A stretch of 64,000 nucleotides of DNA from Octopus sinensis (taxonomy: Eukaryota), in NCBI RefSeq assembly GCF_006345805.1, contig NC_042997.1, positions 182,404,001-182,468,000 of the forward strand, given 5' to 3'. Both the position numbers and the translations under genes were made by a program. The notes under the pieces were generated by a model. The model did no database searches. It was given only the letters and a program-made list of their open reading frames with translations, and was not told the DNA's origin. Of this stretch, positions 13,901 to 27,300 are shown piece after piece (within the stretch, counting starts at the first letter, position 1; each line of letters begins with the position of its first letter).

Positions 13901-16900
13901 CTAACTGTAAAATATCTGCCATCTCTATCAAATCATAACCAACATGGAATCAGTAGCTTTCCTGCATCATGTTTAAGCGTTTAATATTTGATACTGATTT
14001 CATGTTTATTGTATTCATAAGTGCCATTAATGACATATCTATTATAGTTGGTTGCTATTCAGTACTTAAAAAAAAAGTTGAAGATGACAAAGATAACTGC
14101 AGTCATGTGATACCATAAGGTCTGCCTATCAGTTTCAAATTGTACACACCACAAATACAAAGATTTCAATCTAGAAAAAATTAAATGTCAAAGAAAACAA
14201 AAATCAACAAAACAAGACAAATTAAAAGGAGAATAAAAAAGCGTCTAAATGCAATTTTCATGACTCCAATTTAATATCCAATACAATTTAAAAAAGCTAA
14301 CATCAAATTAACAAAAAAAAAAAAATTATTCTAGAATGGTGTTGACAGTCGTACCTGGATAAAAAAAAATACATTCTCTATATGCATACATAGGATGTAT
14401 ACATTTACCTCTTTCTCACATGTACATAGAGACACATTTAAAAGCAAATCACAGAGGTTTATTGAAAGGGAATGACATTATCTGGGGTGACAACTGTGAT
14501 AGCATCAACAACAGGAAATTAAGTTATCCAAGTTACTATAAATATTGCAAATAAAGAAAAATTGTATATTGATCTATACAGAGAATAAATATGGGTCAAA
14601 CTAAAGAAACAAAGAAAATATGAAAGAAAGAAAGAAAACATGAAATAAACAAAAAGGAAGAGATAATAAACTGAAGTTTGATGCAGTGTTAGAGCAGTAA
14701 CCGTATTATATGTCAAGTAGTTTCCTATTTCCAACATTGCATTCAATCTATCATGTATGAGATTAATTCTTTGAGAAATAATATTGACACTTTATCATTA
14801 AATTTACTTCTTGTGGTAAATATTTATGATGAATATCAGTCATCAAAAAAATATTTTAAAATTTCAAAAGGAATTTATTTTTGTAGTTACTCGATTCTAC
14901 TTAAGCATATATGTAAGATGTATGTTTGAGTGTCAAAGTTAATGCTTTAAGATGGAAGTGGAGGGGATCAGATAGTTCAACCAGTAATGAAATTTAAAAC
15001 AATAGTAAATTTTATTTGAAAGTAATAACTTTAAAATAAAAGTTAATCAGACTACATCAGCTCTGCTGATGCCAAACCAGGAAATAGGCCAACAAAAAAA
15101 TTATTCATATAACTAATATTAGGTTTTGGTAGATATATTAAAAAAATTGGGAAAATTGGAAAAAAATAGCCAAAGTTAAAGATCAGTTATTTTAAAATAT
15201 ACAAGACCTATATACTTTTAAATATAGCCTCTTAACTCTTTCATATTTAAGTAACTTAATAAATTAATATATAAAATTACCATTAAGTAAGAAAATTGAC
15301 CTGTATGTGTATGTGTGAGTGTGTGCACATCCGAGACAGAACAAAAGAAAGAATACATTTAAATATGTGAAGAAGAAAGATTTGTGATTTGTTTTATCAG
15401 TAATAACAGTTGCAACCAGATTTCACTCTAACTGTATCCTCAAATCTTGAAAAGGAAATACAATTTAAAAGAAAAAAAAAAAGACAAAAAGAGGGGTGAG
15501 TTGTCACGGTTGAAACGTATCTTGTCATGGGCTTGACTGACATGGCTAAACATGAGGCTAAAAAAAGAAAACAACTCTGAAATTATGAATAATTAAAGGC
15601 AAAAGTTGACTCCTGGTAAGATTTGAACTCCACAATGTAACTACATACTGGAAATTTATTGAGACTGGCACCCATGTATTGTTTCTACCACCCAATAATA
15701 ATCATTTTCAATATAGACACAACATCACAAATTTGGAGGAGGGCACATTTGGTCAAACTGACACAAGTACTTGACTGGTACGTATTTTATTGACCAAGAA
15801 AGATGAAAGATAAAGTTGATCTCAAAAGATTTGAACAAAGAAACCAAGCTAAATATCACAAGTCATTTAATCCATCACTCTACTGGTATCATATTTCAAA
15901 TAAAACATAGTTAAGGACTAAATATATTCTATTACAAATGACATACTTGCTGAAAGTAATATTTATAATTGAGTTTTCATTGAAATAAACTGGAATATGA
16001 CCCTGTCCCCAAACCATAAAACAGTTTCATTAATAAAAAAGCTTAGCAAATATATATTTTGAACTGGTAAATCTGCAGTTTATTGTCTTGTTAATAACGG
16101 TAATCCATCCCAGGTAAAGAATAAGCCTCTAACTGGTCTATCAATTCATTGAAATAATAACTTAATCTCATCCAAATCAAATTATAAAGAGCACACTGGA
16201 TAATGTATTCCTAGAAACACTTTGTTTAAAAATTAAAATACAAGCATGGTCATAATTGAGATGTCTAATTATAGATTTGTCCGCTCTACAATGCCTGGGG
16301 GCATATGCAATCTATTTAAAGGCTATCCTAGGAATACAAATAAAAATGATTTCAAAAGAAAATATAAGAATTCTAGCTGAAGAAGAACTGCAACTATAAT
16401 ACTTTTAAAATCTCATAAAATTAATTATTTTGTTCTTTTAAGTTTTCATAAAATAGCTCGATAGATGAAAGAGTAAGATTCTTGTGTATTGATGTGTTCA
16501 ATCCAGATTTAGTTGCATGCTTACAATCATAAATGTTATTGGAAAATATAAAAATGTTCAAAGTTGCCTTATTTGTCATCCAGCTATATCAGCAGAGAAA
16601 CATCTAAAGGATGTGAAAATACAAAGTTATGATGTTCAAGGGGATGTAGATTTTTATGTTTCCATATTTTATATAATTTTTCAATAGCACATTTTTATAG
16701 CAGCTTATAGAAACAAATGAAAAAAAATTAAAGCAAGATACTTGAGGAAATTTCAAAACAATCTTAATAAGTGTTTGCTTGCACAGCAACAGAAGCAAAT
16801 CCCACAGTCATTCCAGATTTGAAATGGAATTTATAAACAGATTATCTTTGGGATAAACTGATAAAGGAATTTTTTCCAACAGCAATCAGAAGTTTACCTG

Positions 16901-19425
16901 AAAATCAAAATATTTTTACTATTTTGTTAAAAAATAGCAAATCATAATGTCAAATGGTAAGTATAATATTTTTTTGTGTATATGTATGTGTTTTGTTTTG
17001 AAAGTGTTTTGGGGGTTGCATCAGTCAATTTCATCCCAAACATGCAAAACTTAATTCTTTGATCAGACAAATGGGCTGAAGGAAAGACTCACTTGAAGCA
17101 AAAATTTACAAATCAGTATGGATTCAAAACCAATATTTGATTTAAGAAATCAATAATAGTAATGCAATATTCAATATTTTTTTCATAAAGATCTGATGAA
17201 ATCTCTCTGATTGTTGACAAGATAAACTGGAATAAAAAGAACCAGAATATGTTGTATTAATTAAAGGGGAAAAAATTGAATTCAACTCAAGGAAATATTT
17301 AAATATTCAATGAAACAAAATTTGTTTTACTACTTCTTAAAAGTAGAAACTCTGAAGTAGAGTAAACTTTTAAAAGTACAACTTTTAAAAGTAAATATTT
17401 GGTTAAAGAGTGAATATTCAATTCAGTGTTGAATTAATACAGCTTCCACTTCTGGTTGTTGACAAGATGAAGCATGATATCCTAAGGCTTAAATATCAAA
17501 TTATGATAGGGAATAATAAAACAAAATTGAAAACATCACTTTCATGTATATAGTTGAAGGAGTAGTTTTCTGGACATTTAATTGGAAATGTTAAATTGGT
17601 AAACAAATATTCATGAAATAGTTCATTTTCATTAGAAGTAACTAAAAGAACAGCAGTCAACACACATAATCAGCTTACAATAAATGGAAACAGTTTAAAT
17701 AGATAATCAGCCCCAGAAAAGGAAAATATATACCCTAAATTTACATATACTTCACAAGCATCCACATACTATACATGATTCTTACTCAGGTTAGAAACGA
17801 ACTTGAAAAGACAGCCCAATTAAGAAAAAAAAAAGAAAGATATTATGAACATTTGAACATTTCAGTAATAGCATAACCTTTCACCATGGTAAAAGTTAGA
17901 AGGAAAATGCACATAACGCACTTTAAAAATACAATTTCTTAGAGCACTACTGCTATATTGACTGAAAGTATGTTTATAAAATGCCAAATCATAAAATTAA
18001 AATAATTCTCAATAGAAATAAAGTTAATATTATTTTTCTATATAAAAAAAAATATTGTATAGTTTATATTTTTATCCTCAATATTCTAGCATAGTATAAA
18101 AAAATAGGCAGAAAGCAAAATGAGATGGTGTCATATGAATACATAGTTGTTTCAAAAGATTAGGAAAAGGGAACATTTTGTACAGGTCTTCCGCTATACA
18201 TACTTAAGACTTAAAATGCAATGCACAGAAATAAAAATACACAAATATAATTGGTATCATAAAATCCTGAAGTTTAAATAAAAGCTGTAGCATGAAGATG
18301 TGGCCCAATAGAAGAATTAAGTAGCACAAAAATGACATTGGCACAAAAAAAGAAGCACAAATATCACACACTTTTTAATTGATGACATTTATAGATAAGT
18401 TTCCATCTTGGCTGCTGATGCTATCCCAGCATGCCCCAGCATTTTGTTCAGTTTGAGGACAAGGAAGAGCGGTAAGAAAATCCAGCCACTAAGAAAGTGA
18501 TAAAACGACAGCAATGCCAGGAATAGAAAACTTGAGCCTCACCTGCTGGCATGGTGTATTGGATTGGAAAGTTCCATAGCTAGAGACTTCTTGTAAAATG
18601 TTGGTATAATTTTTTACCAGACCCTGTTGTATTGCATGCAAAGAACAGAGACACTAGATGAAGCACTGTCAGAAATATGGACAATCAGAATGCAATACTT
18701 AATATATATGGATCCGACAGAGACACACATATACACAGATGGAGTGACAGCAAGCTGAATATTTGGTGGTGCCAACAATAAACAAAAGATAGCAAATAAA
18801 TAATGATTCAATAGTTAGCAAGAAGCAAAGTTTGAGCTAGAATATTGATTTCATAACTAAGAGGTACAGTATATATTTAGTAGATCACTAAACAAAGTTC
18901 ATACAAAGGCACAGTGTCACAAGACTGATATCTTAAACCAATAAACAAATATAAAATGTTTAAACCTGTACTAAAAATGAGAATGTTAACACATTTTAAA
19001 ATTAATTCTATAGCAATTTATAGTATCTGAATTTTGTAAGTGATAATTAGGAAAATAGTTTGCCTGTGTGTATGTGTATATAATTTAGGCTTGTCCACTG
19101 GCCTGTTATTCTGGCATTTCCAAGGCATGCAGCTGCTTCTTCAGACAGGTCCAAATTGGTAGAAAGACACACATCATCAATACAGTGGCAGAAGTAGGAC
19201 AGAAATTGTGCAAAGATAATAAAAACAACACTAATAAAATGCAAATGGGCGCCCAAGAAGAAAAGAGAGGCAGGAGAAGGGAATGATTCAAGATGTGTAC
19301 ATAAACATGCATACATGCACACACGTTCACAGGCTAACATATTCACATACACATAAACACCAGTTAATCTCTCTTTATCTGTTCAGAGATCATTGGTACA
19401 GCAGAATAATTATAAGACCTGGAAA

Positions 19426-19470
<45 letters not shown>

Positions 19471-21361
19471 GGCAATAAGTTGGCAGAATTGTCAGCACAT
19501 CAGACAAAATGCTTAGTGGCATTTCTTCCAGCTTTATGTTCTGAGTTCAAATGCTGCCAATGTTGACTTTGCCTTTTATCCTCTCAGGATTAATAAAATA
19601 AGTACCAGTCAAGCATTGGGATTGATACAATTGGCTACCCTCCCTCACCCATAATTTCAAGCCTATATTACAAAGAATTATTATCATCATTACTATTAAA
19701 GTGGTCATTAGCACATCAGACAAAATGCTTAGCATAACTTGTAACTTTTTACATGCTGAGTTCAATGTTGTTTCTTATTCTTTCAGGGTAGATAAAATAA
19801 GCTACCAGTCTAGTACTAGGCTGATGTAATCAACTACTTACAGTCCCTAAAAATTGCTGGCCTTGTGCAAAAAATTGAAACAATTATCATTATTATTCAG
19901 TCAGGATCATTAAAGCATCAAACAGAATGCTTCACTGTATTTGTTCCAACTTTCTTTGTTCTCAGTTTAAATTTTGCCAAGGACAACTTAGACATTCATC
20001 CTTTCATGGCCAATAAAAAAAGGTAGCAATCCAAGATGGTGGATTGGCAGAACTCTAAGAATATCAGACCAGGATGATGATGATGCTTTCGTTCTGGTTC
20101 TTTATGTTCTGAATTCAAATGCTGACATAAACTACTTGGATGGTAAATTTAACTTATCACCCAATTTAACACCTCCATCACTACTACTTGACACCTTGGG
20201 TACTTTTAGTGGAGTTGACTGTCACAAGCATTTGGGCCAGTTTTCAATTTGAGGATGCCTTCCTCCCTTCTTTCCACTGGTGTTGAAGGTTCTATAATGA
20301 GTCATGAACACTGCCTTCTCTCCTGACTAAAAGATAAAAAAAAAGTTTCTTTTGAGTCAGTAAAATAAAGTACTAGTCATGTACTGGGAGTTAATATAAT
20401 TAACCAATTCTGCCCCTCAAAATTGTCAGCCTTGTACCTAAATTAGAAATTATTATTCTCATTATTACTGCCTGACTGGCCCTCGTGCTGGTAGCATGTA
20501 AAAGCACCCACTGCACTCTTGGAGTGGTTGGCGTTAGGAAGGGCATCCAGCTGTAGAAACTCTGCCAGATCAGATTGGAGTCTGGTGCAGCCATCTGGTT
20601 CACTAGATCTCAGTCAAATTGTCCAACCCATGCTTGCATGGAAAGTGGACATTAAATGATGGTGATGATGATGATGATGTAACTACCAATATTTCATTTG
20701 GCAATGACTACCACAGCTGTTTATTATCAGTGTCACTTCCAACTGATTTATGATTTTATTTGTTTTTACCATTAGATGATTGAAGACCTTTGCTTGGCTA
20801 TCTCTGACTCACAACCCCTTTCATTCTGTTGTTTCAACAATCTATGAACAGATAAGAGGCAGACAAGTGTCTGTATATGAGATTGTGTATGTAGATTTGT
20901 TGAATAATTCCCTTTTCCCCTCTCTCTCCTTCCTGTAGTTATATTATTATATTCACACAACTTGTATACATTTTTTTCTGCACACTATTTCTACCATAGC
21001 AGTGATGAGGCAATGTCTCTTCACCAGCTCAGACTTAAAAAAGCAGCTGCATGCCATGGAGAAATTTTAGAGTAACAGCCACTAGACTGCCCTAAATAAA
21101 CTACTGCACTCTGTGTATTTATTGAGTACAAACATATGCACACACACACATACACACACAGAGTTCCTTCATGAAGATCATTCAAAATATTAATTCAAAC
21201 AAGAATGTAGATGATCTTCATAAAAATATATATTTAAGTAATTTACATCTCAACTATATTAAAAACTGTTTTGAAGAAGTAAAATGTAAATTTTAATATT
21301 TTTTGAGACCTCAATGTAGAAAGCTAAAAAGAATTATGTACGTATGTATATATATATATAG

Positions 21362-21397
<36 letters not shown>

Positions 21398-24300
21398 TGA
21401 AAGAATATTTAAAATTCAGATCATGTGCATTGCATGTGCATTTATTTGCCTAGGAGATTTTGTGTTAGCAGCTTTATAAGAGTATATCTAAAAAGCGTTT
21501 GGGTAAAAGTGGTGAGGACTACAAAATTTAACTTGAGGAAATGGATTACAGCAGGTGAAGTGTTTAAAATTCAGTCTCTTATGACATTTGGATTTGTAAG
21601 TGTGCAAAACAACAAAAGGAAAAAAAAAATAATAAAGCATGTATTATGACATTTTTACAAAGAATTACTAACAAGTAAAAATGAAAACCCCAACAAAAAT
21701 CTGTTAGCTTCAAAGACATAAAGAAACGAATTCGACTGCATGAAAGTAATTAGACCTTTTTTTTTGGTAAATTTAAGCTCTTATTTATATTAAATGCAAC
21801 AATGACTAATACTTATGAAGTACAATTCAGTTTTGTTTCACAGCTTAAAATTTAATGAACAAAAAAAAAATTTTTAATTCAAGAATAGAAAAAAATGACA
21901 CCATTTATAAAAATAAAACATAAAAGCTGATAATGGAACTTGAATTTTGCTTTTATAAAATCTGTGGGTGCTGATTAACTTATTCCATTATTTTCATAAT
22001 GAAAATTATCACCCATTCAACTTGCATGCATATAATTATTTAAATACAATTTTTAATGCATGGGATTTTGAGAAAAGTAGAATACAAAATTGTAATATTC
22101 AAACCTTCCTCAAGGGCATTAGGATCATAAATAGAATAATTCTTATTGGAAATCAAAGCTAAGTAATAAATTTGATTCTCCAAGAACATATTGCTTCCCC
22201 ATGATACTCATAATATACCTAAATAATAATTAGAATTCTGTAGAATATTTAGCCAACATATATACAGAATACATTTAATTATTTAAAGAAAATCAATTTT
22301 CTTAGCTCAAACTCTGCTAGGAAAAGCTGAAGATAAGAGCCACAGCTTCAAGCTACCTTACTCAACAAGGAAATATCAAATAAGTAATGTTACAATTTAC
22401 TTTCAAGGTAAGGTTTATGCAAGTTTTTGGGTAAAATAATGATAATTATTAACAAGTAAATAAATGTGTAATTACAATTTTAACTACCTTTCAATTTATA
22501 TAAAATCCATAGCTTTGACTATTTAGACATACAACTATCAGATTCTGATTAAAGATTAAAAGTAACTCTATTGTGATATTTCTTTGTTTTAAGTTATATT
22601 TCAGCTGAAAATGTTTAAGACTGACTCTCAGAGTGGTTGGCATTAGAAAGGGCATCCAGCTGTAGAAAGCTTGCAATATCAGATTGAGCCTGGTGTAGCC
22701 TTCTGGCTCACCAGTCCTCAGACAAACCGCCCAACCCATGCCAGCATGGAAAGCAGATGTTAAACGACGATGATAATGATGATGAAAACATGCACCTTAA
22801 AAATGGTAATTCACTCTACTAACTATTCCTTAAGAAAAACATAACCGCCATTTTAATGCAAACCAATGATGGTGGAAATAGGCTACTTTCTTGTGTCTAC
22901 ATAGATTTAGTTCTGCATTTTTCTTAATATCTAATAATACTAATAAAAAAAAAGAACAATTTTGTTTTTGTGTTTGTTTTGCAATATTCTTGATATGAAA
23001 TCCTGTATTAAAACAAATGTTATTGTATGTTTGTAGGGTTTGCTAATAAAAACACATGAACTGTTTCTACTTCACTTCTTTTATCATTATCATTGTTAGT
23101 CAACTGATTAACAATTATGGTTTGCCAGAGCCCATTCATCACCACTGTTATGATGTATGCAAACACAACATATCCAGTCAGGATACATCATGACAGGCCT
23201 GAAGCAACAAGAGCACATCATTGATGAGGATATGAGTGCTAAGGACTTGACTGACAAATAGACAAATTGACTAACTGGTAGAAACAATTAATTAATCAGT
23301 TAATTGGCTTAACTGTTCACTAATAACAATAAAGAAGTAAAACAAAACTAGAGCACGTTTTTATTTGCTAAATGACCTTCCCAAGATACAAGAACTTCAA
23401 TTTATACTCCTTACAATAAATATCTATAATAATTATAGCATATAATTGAAATGATAAAATTATCCAAAATGCAATAAAACAAAAACCTGAAACTTATTAA
23501 AGAAGACCTATTTTCAAATGCTCTAATTAAGTTGGGTTTTTTTCCTTAAAATTTATCAATAACAGAACTAGTTATATTTCAAGAAGTATTATTTTCACTC
23601 ATAGGATACTAGTTAGCAAACATCCAAAAACAATATCCATCTTTTCAACATTAGCTGTTGTTCAGCCTCAGGTCATCAAACTGAACAAACCTATGAAGAA
23701 AATCGTTCATGTTGAGATTGCTCAGTCCTTGTTAACAAATATATATCCAGTCTTAAATTATCCTGGATTCACTTCTTTCCTTTGTAAGAAAGTACTCTGA
23801 AGGAGAATGACTGCTCTCTCTAGCAAGCAAAGTGACCATACAGAGGATCTCATCTTTAATTCCTTCAATTTTGTATGCTACACACATATACATACATACA
23901 CACACACACACACATACAATGTATTGCACATATCCATCCCATGTTTGTATTTTTCTTTTCCTCTTAGGTTATGTGTATAAAGATTTCAGTAAATTTTTTA
24001 TAGGTTTCATTTTGTATGTTACAAAACAAGGCAAATTCTAAGTAGAGCCTTTAAATAGGAAATTAAACTTGGGGCAAGAAATAAACATGTAACAGTTCTT
24101 GGAGAAAAAAAGCTTACAATAATTTTTTTTTCTTTTTGCTATAATTTTGAGAATATATATTCCACTTCCATAATATATTAGATAATCCATACTTTATCAC
24201 AGCACACAATAATTATGATGGATAAAACAAATGATTAATGATAAAATGATCACATTAAAATGAAATTAATTGATGTTCCAATAATCAGGACTCTACATTT

Positions 24301-27300
24301 ACTAAATGTCTGAAGAATATAGATGAAGGCTTTTTAAAGATTTGACAAGTTTTGCATAAGACTTCAGCATATATTCATAAATTAGATAACCTTTATGTTG
24401 TATAATATTTTAGAAGTGAATTTTGGGGTTGTTTTTAAATACCATATAGGTTTAATTTCAAAGTTAAATGAGTATCTAAAAACAGTGGGTATATAATTAT
24501 CAAAAAACTATTTTAACTGGTTAGCCATCAACACATTTTTATCAAATGATTTTTATCAATACTAGTATAGCTCCTATATCTAAGATAATCATAATACAAT
24601 CTTAAAAAACAAAACAGCGGTATTAAAGATGTTTTACTTAACTTTACCTATTCCAAGTCTTAGCTTGGTTTAAAACTACAATCTTAATTGCTGCAGCAAA
24701 GACGCTTTTTTGCTAAGTTGCTATATCTCTTATGTCTATAAGTGATTTCTCTATCTAAATATATTACTTGTTACTTGGAGTGACTTAGACAATATTACAT
24801 TTTTCTCTTCAAGTTACTGGTGACCAATGGCTAAAGCCTGTCCTTCAGTAGTTCAATTTGAGGAAAATTTGAATATAAAAGTCTGCTCAATTTAAGCAAT
24901 AGAATTAGTATCTGAAGACAACTTGAACTAAACAAAATATTTAGATTTTATCTGAAATGAAACTTTTTAAAATAACATTGAGAATAATTTCCCCATGTTC
25001 CAAAATCTCAATATCAAACGACAAAAAATAAGAGAGTTGCTAGACTCAAGAAATTATCTCAATCCAAATTTAGAGAATATGACTTACTATGATTGAAAGT
25101 TTCTAAAACAATACACACACACACACACACACTTATAGAGCCTTCTTAAACACATAATCTACCACAAATTATCACAAACACTAGTTACAAATCCATGTTA
25201 CTTAAACCAAGAACACTGTATATCTTCATTCTCAAGATTTCAGAGTGGGAGCATTCCCTTTTATTGACACTCCAAATTACTTTATAGTTGATTTAAATCA
25301 TCAAACAAGATTATTTTTATTGAATATAATTAAAGCATAAAGTTGGACCAGTCCTTGATTATTACAACAAGTCTTAAGATCTAAATACTCCATATCAAAT
25401 CTTTGTATGTTTTCCTGACACACTCAGAATCATTTACTGACTTCTTTGTGGAATGTCACAAAGTTTACCATTTAGCTAGTTGACTGTTGTGCATACGTTG
25501 ATTAGATCAATATGATTTTGATATTCTGCAAGAGAAAAGTTTCATTTTGTTGAATTATTCCCAGTATCTAAATGTTGCTCCATTTAAGATTAAGAGATGA
25601 ATATATATACCAGATTTATAACGTAATATAATTTGGTTTATTTCAACTTCCAAAAAGTACTCATTTAAACTTCCTCAATTCAATTCGAACCCATGCTAAT
25701 CATACATATATTACCAGACTTTTGTGGGTTTTTTTTTCTCACTCTCTCTCTTCAAAGCATTACATTTCTTCTGTCATAAGGTTTCATTTTTGGCAGGATA
25801 TTCATTAATTTTACAATCAGATGAGTCGAAACTTTTGTGCAGTTCCAATATTTTTAATTTCCAGGTTGGTTTTAGCCATTTTTACAGTGTCATTCACACA
25901 CTGGACTTCCTGTCCAAATTCTTAAGAAGTTTGCATAAATAATGGGCTTTGTAGAATTCCTTATTATTCATTAACAGTAGGGTTCTTTTTATATTTTTTA
26001 CTTTTTAGTCATTGGTCTTAAGGTAGTTATAGTTGCATTAATGTGAAATAAACAGAAACTTTTAACCATTTCCTGAGGAATCTATTTGCATTTTTGTTCA
26101 TTCTCTCTAATTTTGTCTAAGCAAATTGTAAAAAACTAAAGATGATGCTGTAAATATCAACTCCTAAAATTACCAGCCAAATCACAACCTTCAAATGCAG
26201 TGAGGCTCTCTTTTAGTTCAATTTCAGAATCACGTGAAGATTAAATCTAAATAGTTCATAAAAAGTACTTTCACACAGCAAGGAATGTATGTGCACAACA
26301 CATACAAGGGAAATGAAAATATATTAGCAGAGTAAAAAGCAAACAAGTTTGTCAAAATCCTGACTGGCAATACTTGAGATAATATAAGTGAATCATTAGT
26401 TATGTAGACCAAAGACAGCTGAAAATCCAAGTATTTAAAAATTTTATTTATTTATTTTTTTGCTATTAAAAACATTGAAGAAAATAGTCACAAAGTAACT
26501 TCAGAATATAGAAACAAAAAAAAAGATAATAGCAATTTTTGAGGACAGTGAGAGTAAAGACTATATAGCTCTTCAATATAAGCAGGAAAATGTAACAAAT
26601 TAGATTATTTGGTAAACAATGTTGTTGAGGCTGCATTAGATAAATATTACCATAACCTCCTCCAAACACCATAGTATAATTTTTCAACCTATTTTTAAAA
26701 AAGTAACTCTAATTACATGGCAAGAAAAAGTTTTCTCAGATGATAGCAACTAACAAAACTTCATATTAGAAATATTTTATATTTTTAAAGCTATTAAAGA
26801 TTTGACTGTCATTAGTAATCACCTTATTACCATCAATAAACACCTTACTACCTTTAAATAATCAACATTTAGTCTTTAAAACTAATAAACAAACATACAT
26901 TTTCTCTTTACTACAATCTGTTTTGATTACACTTAAAGTGATCTTTACAGCATGGCTACTATCAGTGTTTTAACACAAGAGTAGAACAATGAAAATAGTT
27001 TTTTTAATTCATATACATGTTTTCTGTCTAGAAACACAAGATACCGACTTTCCTATACTGATTTAATTCTAAAATACTTGGTGAAAATATGCATTTACAA
27101 AAATATTTTTGAAATTATTATAAAATGAAACATTGAGAATAATTTCCCTTAATTCCAAAATCTCAATATCAAATGACAAAGTTTATTAATAATTTTAATT
27201 TTATTTAAAATTTAATTCTGGTATCCTACTTTTAATTATATTAATTCAAATGTATGAGAAGATTACATACTTCTTGATGACAAGTCGCCATCCATTTGAA

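Noticed and set aside
16892-16910. Possible recursive splice site (ttttcag|GTAAAC); similar AG|GT at 14355, 12686, 12357 and 13445
   Set aside because: YAG|GT combinations are expected many times by chance in a 20-kb AT-rich intron; nothing distinguishes these without nascent RNA data.
19047-19352. 101-aa minus-strand ORF near the cassette exon
   Set aside because: No matching donor-acceptor pair giving a phase-0 exon; better explained as intronic regulatory or low-complexity sequence.
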